Part shown: positions 49,876-61,750 of the stretch, piece by piece
Numbering within the stretch: the stretch's first letter is position 1
Layout of the letters: each line of letters starts with the position of its first letter
Source: Carcharhinus amblyrhynchos
Taxonomy: Eukaryota
Direction: 5' to 3'
NCBI GenBank assembly: GCA_965287045.1
Contig: OZ336874.1
Span: forward strand, 35,526,001-35,590,000
DNA: 64,000 nt
The notes under the pieces: generated by a model
What the model was told of the DNA's origin: nothing
Seen by the model: the letters and a program-made list of their open reading frames with translations, nothing else
Databases searched by the model: none
Program-made: the position numbers and the translations under genes

Positions 49876-50080
49876 CGCGGTTTCCTCCCACAGTCCAAAG
49901 ATGTGCGGGTTAGGTTGATTGGCCATGCTAAAATTGCCCCTTAGTGTCCTGGGATGTGTAGGTTAGAGGGATTAGCGGGCAAATGTGTAGGGATATGGGG
50001 GTAGGGCCTGGGTGGGATTGTGGTCAGTGCAGACTCGATGGGCCAAAGGGCCTGTTTCTGCACTGTAGGGTTCTATGATA
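49876..50080 (+). mobile_element. HE1 SINE, 5'-truncated, low divergence
   Basis: CGGTTTCCTCCCACAGTCCAAAGATGTGCGGGTTAGG..GGGCCAAAGGGCCTGTTTCTGCACTGTAGGGTTCTATGA. Confidence 0.92.
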
Positions 50081-50157
50081 AGTTGCTGTTTCATTAATTG
50101 TGCACACACAAGCACTTGTAATTAACCGCACTCATATTCTACATTTCATCGCAGGTG

Positions 50158-50295
50158 AAGGGGAATGAAAGGCTATAATCCAATTGAAGGGTTCAAAGAG
50201 CATCCTAAGAAAAGCAAACCTGGCCTTGAGGTTTGCTTTACTTCAGATGCCCTTTGAACCCTTCAATTGGATTACAACCTCGTAATTCTCTCCCC
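50158..50295. repeat. Long inverted repeat (hairpin), ~60-bp arms
   Basis: Perfect 22-bp pair 50176-50197 / 50253-50274, plus an inner AAAGCAAACCT / AGGTTTGCTTT pair around a 7-nt loop. Confidence 0.92.
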
Positions 50296-51042
50296 AATAG
50301 TCTACCTTATATGTATGGTTTAATTGTGCAATTTTCTACAAAGGAACATTAAATTCCATCCCTTGTGGTGTCTGTATTTAAATCCTTCTCTTCCCAGTCC
50401 GTCCCAAAAGCAAACAAACAGCATTTAATTTGCAGTACCCTACAAATGCTTTTATTCTACTAAAATATTCTGAATGTGCCTACCACTTCTACACATTTCT
50501 ATTCTCCTAACCTCCTTTTTGAAGATGCTCTTTAACTATCAAGTCTTTTTTAACGTGTACTGGAAATAAAACAAGACTGAAGGAGGAACACCAGTCATCA
50601 TGACTGATCCACCATTCATGCCTGCTAGAATAGTTTGTCAACTGTTTTATTAATTTACTTGTTCTTTTATGATTTATTTGTTTCCCAAAGGCTGAAAGTT
50701 TCAGGTTCCTTACAGATAATTGATAGAGAGTATTGCTATAGAAAACCAATTTCTGTGCAAAGTCCTTCTGACTTCTCTCTCTCCTCTTCCAAATAAACTT
50801 CTATTTTTAACCTGGCAGTAAAAAAAATCCAGTATAAAATGCCTGTTCTACAACTATTGTTGAAGGAATAATTTTGGCAGATACACACTTTATTGCTACT
50901 GCTGCCACCACCAGCAAGTCCAGATGAACAATTCGTTCAGTGACCAGTGCAACTTGCATGTCATTTTCATTTTTATATTCCATTTGGGAACTGCACTTCT
51001 CTCTCCATTACATCAACAGTAAAACAGGACAAGCAATAGTGT

Positions 51043-51421
51043 ACTGGAACAGAGAACACTGGAAAACTCAGCACGTCTTTTGAAGCATCTGTAGGGTGAG
51101 AAAACAGTTAACGTTTCAGGTCCATTTGGTTCTTTATCAGAACTAAAGAGACGAAAAAATGTGTCACATGTTAAACTATAGCTATGGGAGATTGCAACAA
51201 GATGTAGCAACTTTAAGAAGAGCAACCTTGCTAAATCTTGTTGCAATATCCCACAGCTACAGTTCAATACCTAACACATTTCGTCTGCGATAGTTCTGAT
51301 GCAGAGACAAATAGTCCTGAAATGTTACCCGTGTTTTCTCTCCCTACAGATGCTGCCAGATGTGTTGACGTTTTCCAGCATTCTCTGTTCAGATTCTAGC
51401 ATCTGCAGCATTTTATTTTAG
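51043..51421. mobile_element. Fold-back Penelope-type element, family B, fully palindromic, with a 13-bp TSD
   Basis: Arms ~51047-51210 and ~51228-51391; CAAGCAATAGTGT at 51030-51042 and CAAGTAATAGTGT at 51422-51434; hammerhead-like cores on both strands. Confidence 0.88.
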
Positions 51422-52538
51422 CAAGTAATAGTGTTAAGAACAAAGCAAAATCTGTCTGGCAGCCATTTTTAGCTTCCAAACTGTCAGTAAGTTGAAAACT
51501 ATGATAAATTCCATTCTTATTTGTAGATGTGATTCCCAAGGGATATTGCGAATTAATCAAATATTCTCTCTGAAAGGACTATGCACCTGCTAATAGCTTG
51601 AGATGAGTTGTTTGGTGCAAGAATATCCCTGGCATCGAAAGAATTGGTGGAATGTTCAAGTTATGAAGAATGGTACTTACAACGCTTATAAATTGACAAC
51701 CCCTTTCAAACTTACAACGTTAATTCAGACTTTTACAACTCTACGCCAGCCCATCTTTTACATTTTTATCTTGGGAATGATTCCAGGACTTAGTTCCAGA
51801 CAAAGCGCTGCAGTACCTCTTCTGGCCACCGCAGCACAGTGCCTGGAGGAGTTGGAGAGCCATCAGCTAACAGTGGGCTTGGGAGAGCAGGCAGGAGTGT
51901 TACACATCAACCCTGCACTCGCCATCCTAAAGATTCTACCCATTATACATACATGCTACTGCTTGTACTGTTAAATGGAGCCTTGTCTGAAATAAGAGTT
52001 AAAGAAACCAAAATCCAGTAGTATTGGGTTACTGACCTCAAAGCTCAATAGACAAGCCGAGGAAAGATATGAAACCTCCTGCTGAAACATTGGTTCCCTT
52101 GCATCCTTCACTCATGTCGTAACTCCGGATCAGCAAGTCAGATTGGTATGTGGTCACCGGTTGGTTATGGGGCTCGGTCACCTGTGGCCCACACTACTTG
52201 GCTGAGCTACAGCCCAGAAAACTGAGAACAACTTTTGGCAAATAATTAATTTGCCAAAAAATAATTTTTGGCTGCACCTGGGGGCTTCATTGAACTGGTT
52301 GTAGCCACGTTTGGGCTAAATCTGAGTCGATCACACCTTGATGACACTTCTGGCAGAGTTCTGAATGCATCAAGACAATGTTTAAAACCCTTCGGAAATA
52401 AGATTGCAATTGGCCAGTAAAAATGACGCTTCGTCCCACTGACAGAATCAATCACCTGTTTTTAATATTATTTCTATAAGGAAATTGGTTCCAACTTATA
52501 ACTTTTCATCTTAGAGTGTGGTTTTCAGGAACTAATTG

Positions 52539-53046
52539 TGTCGTAACTCCAAGGACTGAGATATATATATATATATATATATATTGTATGAAGATCAGAT
52601 TGGTGGCCCCATACATCCAGACTGTCATAAGCAGAGTTGAGGTTCTGCAGATGTGCGCCATTTTTGGTGAAAACCATGCCCATGGAACTGGTATTAATTG
52701 TGCACTGTTGTCAGCTGGGGATCAGGCTAGATCATAGGAATTGAAATCCTTCTTGAGGAAGATAAAGAGTTTTGAAGGACTTTGTGACGGAGATTGATGA
52801 CATATATGCTAAGTGGACTGCTGAGACAATTTGTAAGATCTGTCTTAATTGTAGTTGTCATTTAATGTGTAATTTATATTTTATAAATTGACTGAAAATT
52901 GTCTCTTAATTCATGTTTAGCTGTGCTTATTCTGAGTTCACTTTGACTATAGTAAAAATGATTTTGTTTAAACCAAGAATTCCTATTGTTTAATTCTTTC
53001 AGTAAATAACTGAGATTTCAGATCGACCTCAAACAAGGTCATAACA
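52539..53046. mobile_element. Solo LTR (Gypsy-type)
   Basis: TG..CA termini (TGTCGTAAC / GTCATAACA, imperfect inverted repeat); 4-bp TSD ATTG at 52535-52538 and 53047-53050; contains (TA)n at ~52561-52584. Confidence 0.75.
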
Positions 53047-53111
53047 ATTGAGATCTGAAGATTACATTCAGATTACCTTTTCAGTTTCAAAATATGAGTG
53101 ATTAATATGAA

Positions 53112-53295
53112 ACTAAATCAGAAAATGCTGGAAAATCTCAGCAGGTCTGATAGGTCAGAGCTCTGACAAAGGATCATCCAGACTTGAAGTGTTGGTTCTA
53201 TTCTCTATCCATAGATGCTGCCAAACCAGCTGAGATTTTCCAACATTTAATGTTTTTGTTTTAGATTCCAGCATCCATAATAATTTGATTTTATT
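53112..53295. mobile_element. Fold-back Penelope-type element, family B
   Basis: AAATGCTGGAAAATCTCAGC versus GCTGAGATTTTCCAACATTT; degenerate core CTGACAA..GAAGTGTT; right extension AGATTCCAGCATCC. Confidence 0.78.
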
Positions 53296-54064
53296 TAAGC
53301 AATTAATGATTTATTTAATTATCCTTTCACTGCTGTTTCTTTGGCCTTTGCAGGTCCAAGAAGATATACTACAGGAAATTTTCAATAGTGGAAGGTTTCC
53401 TTTCATTGAAATTTTAAAAAACGATTTAAACAGTTCATTCCTACTCACATAAACAGTAGTACAAAATACTCAAAGGACCAGCAATTTTGTTTTAATCACT
53501 TCAGTTAGAATGAACCGACGGCCCAAAATTTGCTCAGAAAATAATGGCGAGTTTGCATTGGGAATTTTGAATAATCTCAAATTGCTAGATAAATTATGCC
53601 ACTCTGCCCTTAGCCTCTCCAATGCACATAAAGAAATGGTCAGATTTGCACTGCAAATACAAATTAAATTCTCACAGAAAGTTAGGGTTGCTTTATCACG
53701 CCATAAGGACCTGATAATGAGGTATTCTATGGTTCTGCCAGGCCACTTAAAATTGCACCCTTTTCATGCCTCCAGAATTACCTGCAAGTAGTAAATTGTT
53801 CCTAAAAAGTTTTTAATACTTTTGTTCCTTTTGTTAGGATTTGGAATGAAATGAAAAGTAAAGACTTATAAAAGAAAATAAACTGTTAAGGATTTAGCTG
53901 CATTGATGGCTTGTGAAATGCAGATTAGTTTAGTAGCTGGGTGAAACAGATACATTGACCAGGATTCTCCAACCTCATCCATGGCTAGGATTCTCTGGTC
54001 CTGCTGCTGTGTGCCAAGTTCTCTGTTTTCGCAATGGAGGGGCGCAAGGCATTGAAGAACTCTG

Positions 54065-54625
54065 ACCTGTCTTAAGCAAAGTGGAGGCTAGCAGTCTAGG
54101 GACCTAAATCATAGCCAAACCTAGTTTCAAAGCAAAGCTTTCAAAGAATCAAGCTGTTGTGCAGAAAAGAAAGCTGAAGAAAGTCAGTCTGTGTCAGAAG
54201 CCATAAGTTCTACTCTAAACTAGAGAAATTCCCAAAATAAATTTACACGTCCTGTGTAGCAATTATTTGCTGGATTTGGCACATAGTGTAAAAACCCATG
54301 GGACGTTGTTTTGGGGAAAGTATATTCTCAGAGTTTAGGGAAGTAGATAGATTTGGATTCGGGGTAATTTAAGTATACTGACCAGGTAACCATTATTGTC
54401 ATTAAATGTAAATGGTGTTCTTTACTGTTGCTTTCCTTGTGTGGTTTAAAATTTAATGAATGTTTTGTTATTTGAACAATTTACAACAAGACTGTTTTCC
54501 TCTCCGAGTTTCATCTTTCTCACAATTTTTTTCAAATTGCAAAAATAAATTAATTAAGAAATGCCGTTCCAAGTTTCCCTTCTGGGATTTTGTATGCCCT
54601 TGCATTGAAGACCAGCAGGATTTCC
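54065..54625. mobile_element. Possible LTR remnant
   Basis: Non-coding, with composition and organisation like the other solo LTRs; termini not confirmed. Confidence 0.3.
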
Positions 54626-56184
54626 CATTTTTTCTTCAATCTTCATATTTAATTTTATGCCAAATTCTTCCATTTCATTTGCCATCATTCACTCAAGTCT
54701 TTCTCCATTCATAAATTTAATTGGTCGAGATAAACTACTGTCCCATTGTTCACCAAGCTCCCAAATGCCCTTTTGACCATAATCAATTTACACTTGCAGC
54801 ATTTCCAGTACAAAAATAATTGGAGCTGAAGAGGGACAAAAAAATTCACTCAGCACTCACCACGAAGTGCTCCTGCTCCAACAAATTCTGGGTCATTGAA
54901 TCATTAAGTACTGATAGTAGATGAAATCAATATAATTTCATTCGTCAATTTATGCCCATATATAGATTTATCAGTTTAACTTTTTTGTTTCAAATATGCA
55001 ATTTTCATGTGTGAATACATTATATAGTATTTTCTCCCCAGATACAAAGCTTATTGTTAAACCCATTAAAAGGAAACTACTTCAATCTGATCAAACCAAA
55101 AGGCTTTGTCAGTCTCAACTTAGTACTCAGGTAACCAGACAAGATGCTGTGTCAATAAAGGAAATTTTTGAGGTGATAAATTATTATTCATGGATTAGCT
55201 AGACAGACTGGCAGTTCCCAGCATGTCCATTTTCAAAAGTAACTCAAGTCGAAAGAAAGGAAGTTGCCCATCAAGTTCAGCGAAAATCAAAAGAAAGCAT
55301 TTTGGGGTTACCAAGGTGACAAGGTGGCATTCACTTAGATATCTGCTTAATTTCTAGCTCCCAGCATGCTGCTTTTCAAAATGACCGCAGAAGTCACCTA
55401 ACAAGTACATTATAACTTTAAAAAGTGACAATATAGCATTGTTTAGAAGCTCAATATCTGTGGTCAATACAACAGAACGTTCATAAAAACTGGCCTTTGT
55501 TGAAAATTCAGTTTTTTAGCTAAAAAATGGGAAAAGTTAAATAATTTTGTTTTGACCTTTGAGAAAGATCACTAGTACTTTCATTTTCATACAGTGAAAC
55601 ACAGAAGTCTCATAAAACATAGTTTTTACACCACCTCTTAGACGTTAGTGAAACGTCCAAATAAATATTTGCATCTGATAACCACAATGCAAAAAAACAT
55701 GCATTCAAACTTGTGATATCAGAAAATTGTTCTTGTATCATTGATAATGTGTGTGCTCATTAAAACACAATGGGAAAAACCAGTTCAAAATAACCGTGGA
55801 CTTAGACAAGTTTACAGTTTGTGCTATGTAATACGCACAAATCCACCCTCCCCAAACAAGAATCTAGCCATTCAATTATCTAGTTACAAAGAGTTCCCCA
55901 GAAGCAAATTCAAACTCACTATGCCAGCAGTCTTTCTTACTTGAATTTCTGACACCATCATATACTGCACATTGTAAATTGCATGCTTGCAATTGTGAGA
56001 ATTCTGAAATTTCAGGCCTAATTCATACTAAACGTGCAACAGAGTTGTGCCATGGGTAAGCAACCATAGTCCTGCAAAAAAACTCTGTTTGATTAGTCTT
56101 TTATTTGTTCTGGATGTGATGCGGTCACCCTGGATAAATGTAAAAGTATAATTTATCAATCATGACAGAAACACTCATTCATTC

Positions 56185-56544
56185 ATGGACGCCACTGGCA
56201 AGACAATTCTGGAAGGTGGCTATGAGTCACCTTCTTCAGTACAATCGAGTGGCTTGCTAGGCAGAGGGCAGTTACAAGTCAGTCACAGTGCAATGGATCT
56301 GGAGTCACACATAGGCCAGACTGGTAAGGACAGATCATCTTTCCTCAAACACATTAGTCAACTGGATGGGCTTTTAAGGCAATATAGTAGTTTCATGGTG
56401 ACCATTGCTAAACCTAGTTTTCTGTTCCAAGTTGAATTTAAACACTCTAGTTGCCACAGTGGGACTTGAATTCATTTCCTTAGGTCATTGATCAGGCCTC
56501 TGGATTACTAGGCCCGTGCTATAACTACTATGCTACCATACCCC
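56185..56544 (-). mobile_element. tRNA-derived SINE of a second family
   Basis: The minus strand starts GGGGTATGGTAGCATAGTAGTTATAGCACGGGCCTAGTAATCCAGAGG, with B-box-like GAATTCAAGTCCC. Confidence 0.8.
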
Positions 56545-58244
56545 TCAGATTAGATGGTAAATGCTTGGGTAACTAAAGCTACAATAATTAGTTGTTAAAA
56601 AAATCTGCCCCTCCCAAAACCGACCAAGAATTTCAGTTGATTTACCACTGTTACTTCGAATTTTAGAAAATAGCAATAAACAATCCCAAGAAAAATAATT
56701 GAGAGAAATTTAGCTGGAAAATATGAATGTTACTGAACATGCATTTACTAATTAAAGAAATTCAGCATTTTGTACGCTCAATTCTCTTCTGAATTTCTAG
56801 TCATTGCACTGGAAAAGCAAACACGCTCAGTTAAAAAACTACTTTCAGAAATGCTTTTTATAGGTACATCCACAGCACTCACTTTAAAAAGCATAGTAAA
56901 AGCCCAAGTCCAACTTTCAAAAAACAATTATACATTCTTGTTTCCCCACTATAATGTTGCACAATAATAGGGCAGACAAGAGACCTGCTACCAGACCTCT
57001 ACCAATGAATGCTTATAACAAGACACTAGAAGGTGCACAGGACTAAACAATGCTGACTTGCTCATGGACTTTTCTCCTCTCTCTCTGCAGGGAATCACAG
57101 ACTGTTCAGCATCCATTCAGTGATCCAGTCCAACAAAACATTAATCTGACGCAGTGAACAACCCTCGTTAGTACAGATTGCTGTTATCTTCTGTATACTC
57201 TTGGCACCAGTTTTTCTTGGGATGGGGGTGGGGGAGGAGTTCAACGAGAAAAGGTTTCCACCATCTCTTCAGTAATACCAAATAAATATGCTTCAAGTCT
57301 CAAAAAAATTCTGCATCATGTTACAAAAAATGCCCTTAGACAAAATGATTTAAATAAGTTGGCTCTTTAATTGAAGATTAAAATATATGTACGAACAAAT
57401 TATAAATTAATAAAGGACAATCAAAAAGGATAAGACTTCTTTAAAATATTCAAATTGAGATTGTTGAAGGATTTTTTTCTTTTGCTATTCTGAGCAGTTA
57501 TGAACATCACAGTAATCACATTACATCCTGCATGAAATTCTTAATATCTGCAAAGAATTCAACTTATTGTGCTGCTACATGGTACACACTTAGTTATATA
57601 GTAAAAACAGAAAATACTTCCTGGAAAGCAGAATTTGAAAGGTTATCCATATTTGATTCCTAGGGTACATTTTTATAGAATGGGCTTTTTTCCAACATGC
57701 AATAATAAGGCCCAGTTATTTCATTATTCACCAACTGTGCCTGACTGAACAGCCATTAGAACCTAGAAGCAGCTTTGTTCAGTCAACAACAGTGTACAGT
57801 ATCACTAGATGGCATGTCAGAGGTCATGTTATTGTTACCGACTAAGTGGTTAAAGGTAATTGTTCTACAAAAAGACTAAATGTCTTTTATATGCTTTATG
57901 TTTAGCATCAGTATGCCATGGTTATTTGTACTGCACTAGAGAGAAAATAAATTTAAATGTCATAGAATCTGGCCTGGCAGTAATTCCAACTGAAAAAAAG
58001 CCTAGCAGCATTAACATCATACATCAGCTGCAGTTATTCTGTAACCAGTCAATGGTTTAATTCTTAAATTTAACATTTTAAGAGTTTGAGGACTCTGCTA
58101 TTTAACAAATTTCAAGTTGCCTATCCTGTTGAACTCCAATAATCAGTACAGCATTTATGCACGTGACTAAGTGGACCTTCTCCCCCCTCAACGGTAGATA
58201 ACATTACAATATGCCAGTTTGTTTGCATTGCCATTAGAGTTGAT

Positions 58245-58286
58245 ACTGTATTATTGGTATAACTTGGGTTATACCAATAATACAGT
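58245..58286. repeat. Perfect 19-bp inverted repeat with a 4-nt loop
   Basis: ACTGTATTATTGGTATAAC-TTGG-GTTATACCAATAATACAGT. Confidence 0.95.
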
Positions 58287-59650
58287 TAGGTTAACAGGGC
58301 ATGCTATCAACATTATTTGCATCAAATTTATTTTCAGGCACTTTGATACAGACACCATCTTTTATCTTTTACAGGCACTACTTTAATTTGTGTTATAATT
58401 GCCTCAATCTTTGATAACAGTGGAGCGGGAGCAAAATATCAAATTCTCATCATAAATGATAACTTGTCAAGTCAGTTAAACAAGTGTTTGCACTGGCAAG
58501 ACTGAAGGGAATGCAGATATGAACATCAAACTTCTGAAGGCCAATTATCATTATTTTCCTTAAACCAGAGGCACTATAAAAAAACCAGTAAAGAAATCTG
58601 TGCTACAAAACATTTCTGAATAATGTAAAACAAATGCTCCTGCATTACTAACGCAGAGACTGATACAACTCAACTTTGTCACGCATGGGTTAAGGGAACA
58701 ATCATCTCAGAAGCAGTATAAAAGTAGTATTATGTTGCTTCTACTGGCACTGCCACAGTCATGGACTGGGCAGTCAATCCAAGCGCTGCTTGAAGTTCAG
58801 GGATAGGAAAGTTATGTGGGGCAGTAGTCTAACAGCCAAGTTTGGAAATAATTTATCGGTACTTGAATAATAAAGACAGTCAACTAGTTTTTGTGAAACT
58901 CTTCAGGAGTTACTTACTTGCTATTTGATCCAATCAATAAAATATTTAAAGACTTTGAAAGTACATGTGCAATTCAAACTGTGTCATGTCAGCTACAGAT
59001 ATTGCAGTATGAGCACTACAAAAATGCAGTTCTAAGTGTTATCACTGCCATTGTCCTTAATCAACACAAACTGCCATTTATAGTTTCATCACAGGATTGC
59101 TTGACACCAATACTAAAGGTTCTGTCAATTTTGTATTGTATACCCATATAAGTACATATTTTACTTCAAATTAAAATGTTTTAAAGGTCTTCATTACCTT
59201 CAAAATTTGTTGTGTTGCATGCGCTAAATCATTTGAGGAAATCTGCTAATACTACACAGCACTTAGAAACTAGAAACTCTTTCACATTACCCGCCACCAG
59301 GGAAATGAAAACCCAAACAGTCTTTGTGGCAAATGATCACCAAATCGTAACGCAGGTAACCCATATCTTGGCTAATAGGTATAAACTGATGATTATGATT
59401 TTGTAAACCAGTGGCACAGACAAAAATAATTTCAAAGGTAATTTTGAAACAAACCTATAGTAAGTCACTGCATCATTTCATTTATTCTTGAACTTTTAAT
59501 GAATTATAGTGGTGAAAGTCTAAATTGACTGGGTCTCATAATTGAAATGTTATCAAATTTCATGTTTATAAATGATTTGGAACCACTATAAGATTACTTT
59601 TGTCTGAGAATCAGTTTTGTAAATCAGAATTCTGAAGACAGCAATTAGCA

Positions 59651-59662
59651 TGTGACGTCACA
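59651..59662. promoter_or_regulatory. Candidate full CRE site in a 12-bp palindrome
   Basis: TGTGACGTCACA containing TGACGTCA; abuts ATTAGCAT (octamer-like). Confidence 0.3.
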
Positions 59663-61149
59663 AACAGAAATGGAAGACTACAGTCATGGTAACAGGCAAT
59701 TTTAAATTGAAGCACGGACATCAGTGATATCTTTTCCACCTAATGTAATACCTGACAAACTTTATACATCATTTGAGCAAAATCCTAGCTCCTTGCAGAA
59801 CCTCAGGTGCCATTTCAGTTATTTTTCCTCACTATTCTGCTCCAAATCTCTTACTTTAACAATGTCATTCAACACATTTTCACTTTCACACAAGTCTCCA
59901 TTAGAAGTCATGAGTTACAATAAGCAGCACAAGTATAATAGCTTACATTCACCATCAGCATCACAACACTACACGCTACCCAGGGCATCTAAAAAGGTGG
60001 TTAAAACGTACCACAATTTTATACCATACCATTGCTTAATTTCTAGCTTACATGATCCAAGTGTAATTGTGAAACAAATTGAACAAATAAAATCCTGCAA
60101 TATTTGTCAAAACCCTGAACATTACAGCAAATGTTATGGTTTGAAAATGAAGCATAACATAAAAAATGGAATCAGCATCAATGTCTCTCTCCGTTGACTT
60201 GAAATATTCTATTTGGGGTGCAGATGGAAGCAGCGTCTTCTGAGGCTATTAGAAATCATTTAAGTGCAATTGTTTTTTTTTAAAGATTCTGTTAGTTTTG
60301 CTTGTGTTACTGGTAGAACTATAATTGCATTGATTTAAAATATCTCAGGCTACAGAACATAGATAAGTGCAAATAAGAATACAGAAGTGAAGTTTAATTT
60401 TTTTTATTTACTTCTCCAGGTAAAATCATGAAGCAAAGATGTGAAAAATAGTTTTTATTATTTATAATGAACAAAATTTCAATTTTATGCATTTGTAGTT
60501 TGCAATGGCTTGGAAATAAATCAAAGTAACATTAAAAGATCAGCTTGAATGTTGTTCTGCAATGTTTCAACTTTAGCTAAAATGCGAATTTGGACCAAAA
60601 CGTGATGAACGATTTAAAAATTGTTGACAGGTAATTTTGAAAATACTGTATTGATATTTGCAACATTAGATTTCAAATTTGTTAAAACTCTTCCTGTAGC
60701 TATCAAAGATCAGGCAGTATGGCATCCTTAAAGATAACTTCTATTCAAAATAACTCAGTTTGAATTTTTTTACCTTACTATTAAATCATTCCCTTTTTTA
60801 TTTTTTACAGTGTTCATGTACTCTGAAATAGTATACTGTGATTGCAAATATCTGGTATCACTAAATATCCACTAACTGGAAGTTTGAAGATTTTTTTTTA
60901 AACGGGTTTTTAGAACATGGGATGCATTATCGTAAGTGGCTATTGTGGGAGTGTAATAATCTTATTTAAAATGCAATTGGCTAAGTATTTGAAAGAAGTG
61001 AATATAAGATACAAGAGGAATGAGAGGGCAGCTATAATTAAGAATTATAATGATGCCAATAATAAAAATACCAATGTAGTAAAGGAGCTGACACTAGCAC
61101 TGGCGTGATGGGCTGAATATCTTCTTGCTAGGCACCATTAAGACTGCCT

Positions 61150-61750
61150 ATTTCCACTTCTGTAACCTCAGCTCAACCATTGCTGAAACCACCATTTATT
61201 AACTGTAGATTTGACTATTCTACCACAATCCTGGCCAGCTTCCACGTTCCACCCACTGTAAATTTGAGGTTATACAAAACCTTACCGCCCGTGTTCAAGC
61301 CCTTTTTATTCATCACCCTCTGTGTTCACTGACCTGCATTGCCTCTCAGCTAAGGAACACCCCAATTTTAAAATTCACATCCTTGTTTTCAAATCCTTCA
61401 AGGCCTCAATCTTCTCATCACTAATTCTTCTCCAGGCCTACAACCCTCAGAGATATCTGCACTCCTCCAACTTTGCCCTCTTTACCATCCCTGATTTTAA
61501 TAACTCCGTCTTTGGTGGCCATGCCTTCAACTGCCAAGGCCTTAAGCTCTGGAATTTTCCCTCCCTAAACCTCTTTGCATCTCTTTGTCCTTTGAGACAC
61601 TCTTTAAAATCTACCTCCTTGACAAAGCTTTTAATCATTCCCTTAAATCTCTTTCTGTGGGTGGTGTCAAATTTTGCTTGATAATGGTCCTGTGAAGTGT
61701 CTTGGGATGTTTTACTATGTTAAAGGCACTACATAAATACAAGTTGTTTT
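61150..61750 (+). mobile_element. L2 LINE 3' portion
   Basis: Degenerate RFDYS..ILASF, DLHCL..FKIHILVFK and GGHAF....KLWN; L2 tail TGTGAAGTGTCTTGGGATGTTTTACTATGTTAAAGGCACTACATAAATACAAGTTG. Confidence 0.85.

Noticed and set aside
3821-56544. tRNA genes at A/B-box-like motifs
   Set aside because: These are SINE heads followed by V-domains or tails, with no complete cloverleaf
57070-57160. Plus-strand acceptor CTCTCTCTGCAG
   Set aside because: The pyrimidine tract is a CT microsatellite; all frames stop quickly
59724-60197. 157-aa ORF
   Set aside because: GTG start, AT-rich low-information composition, no domain or splice support
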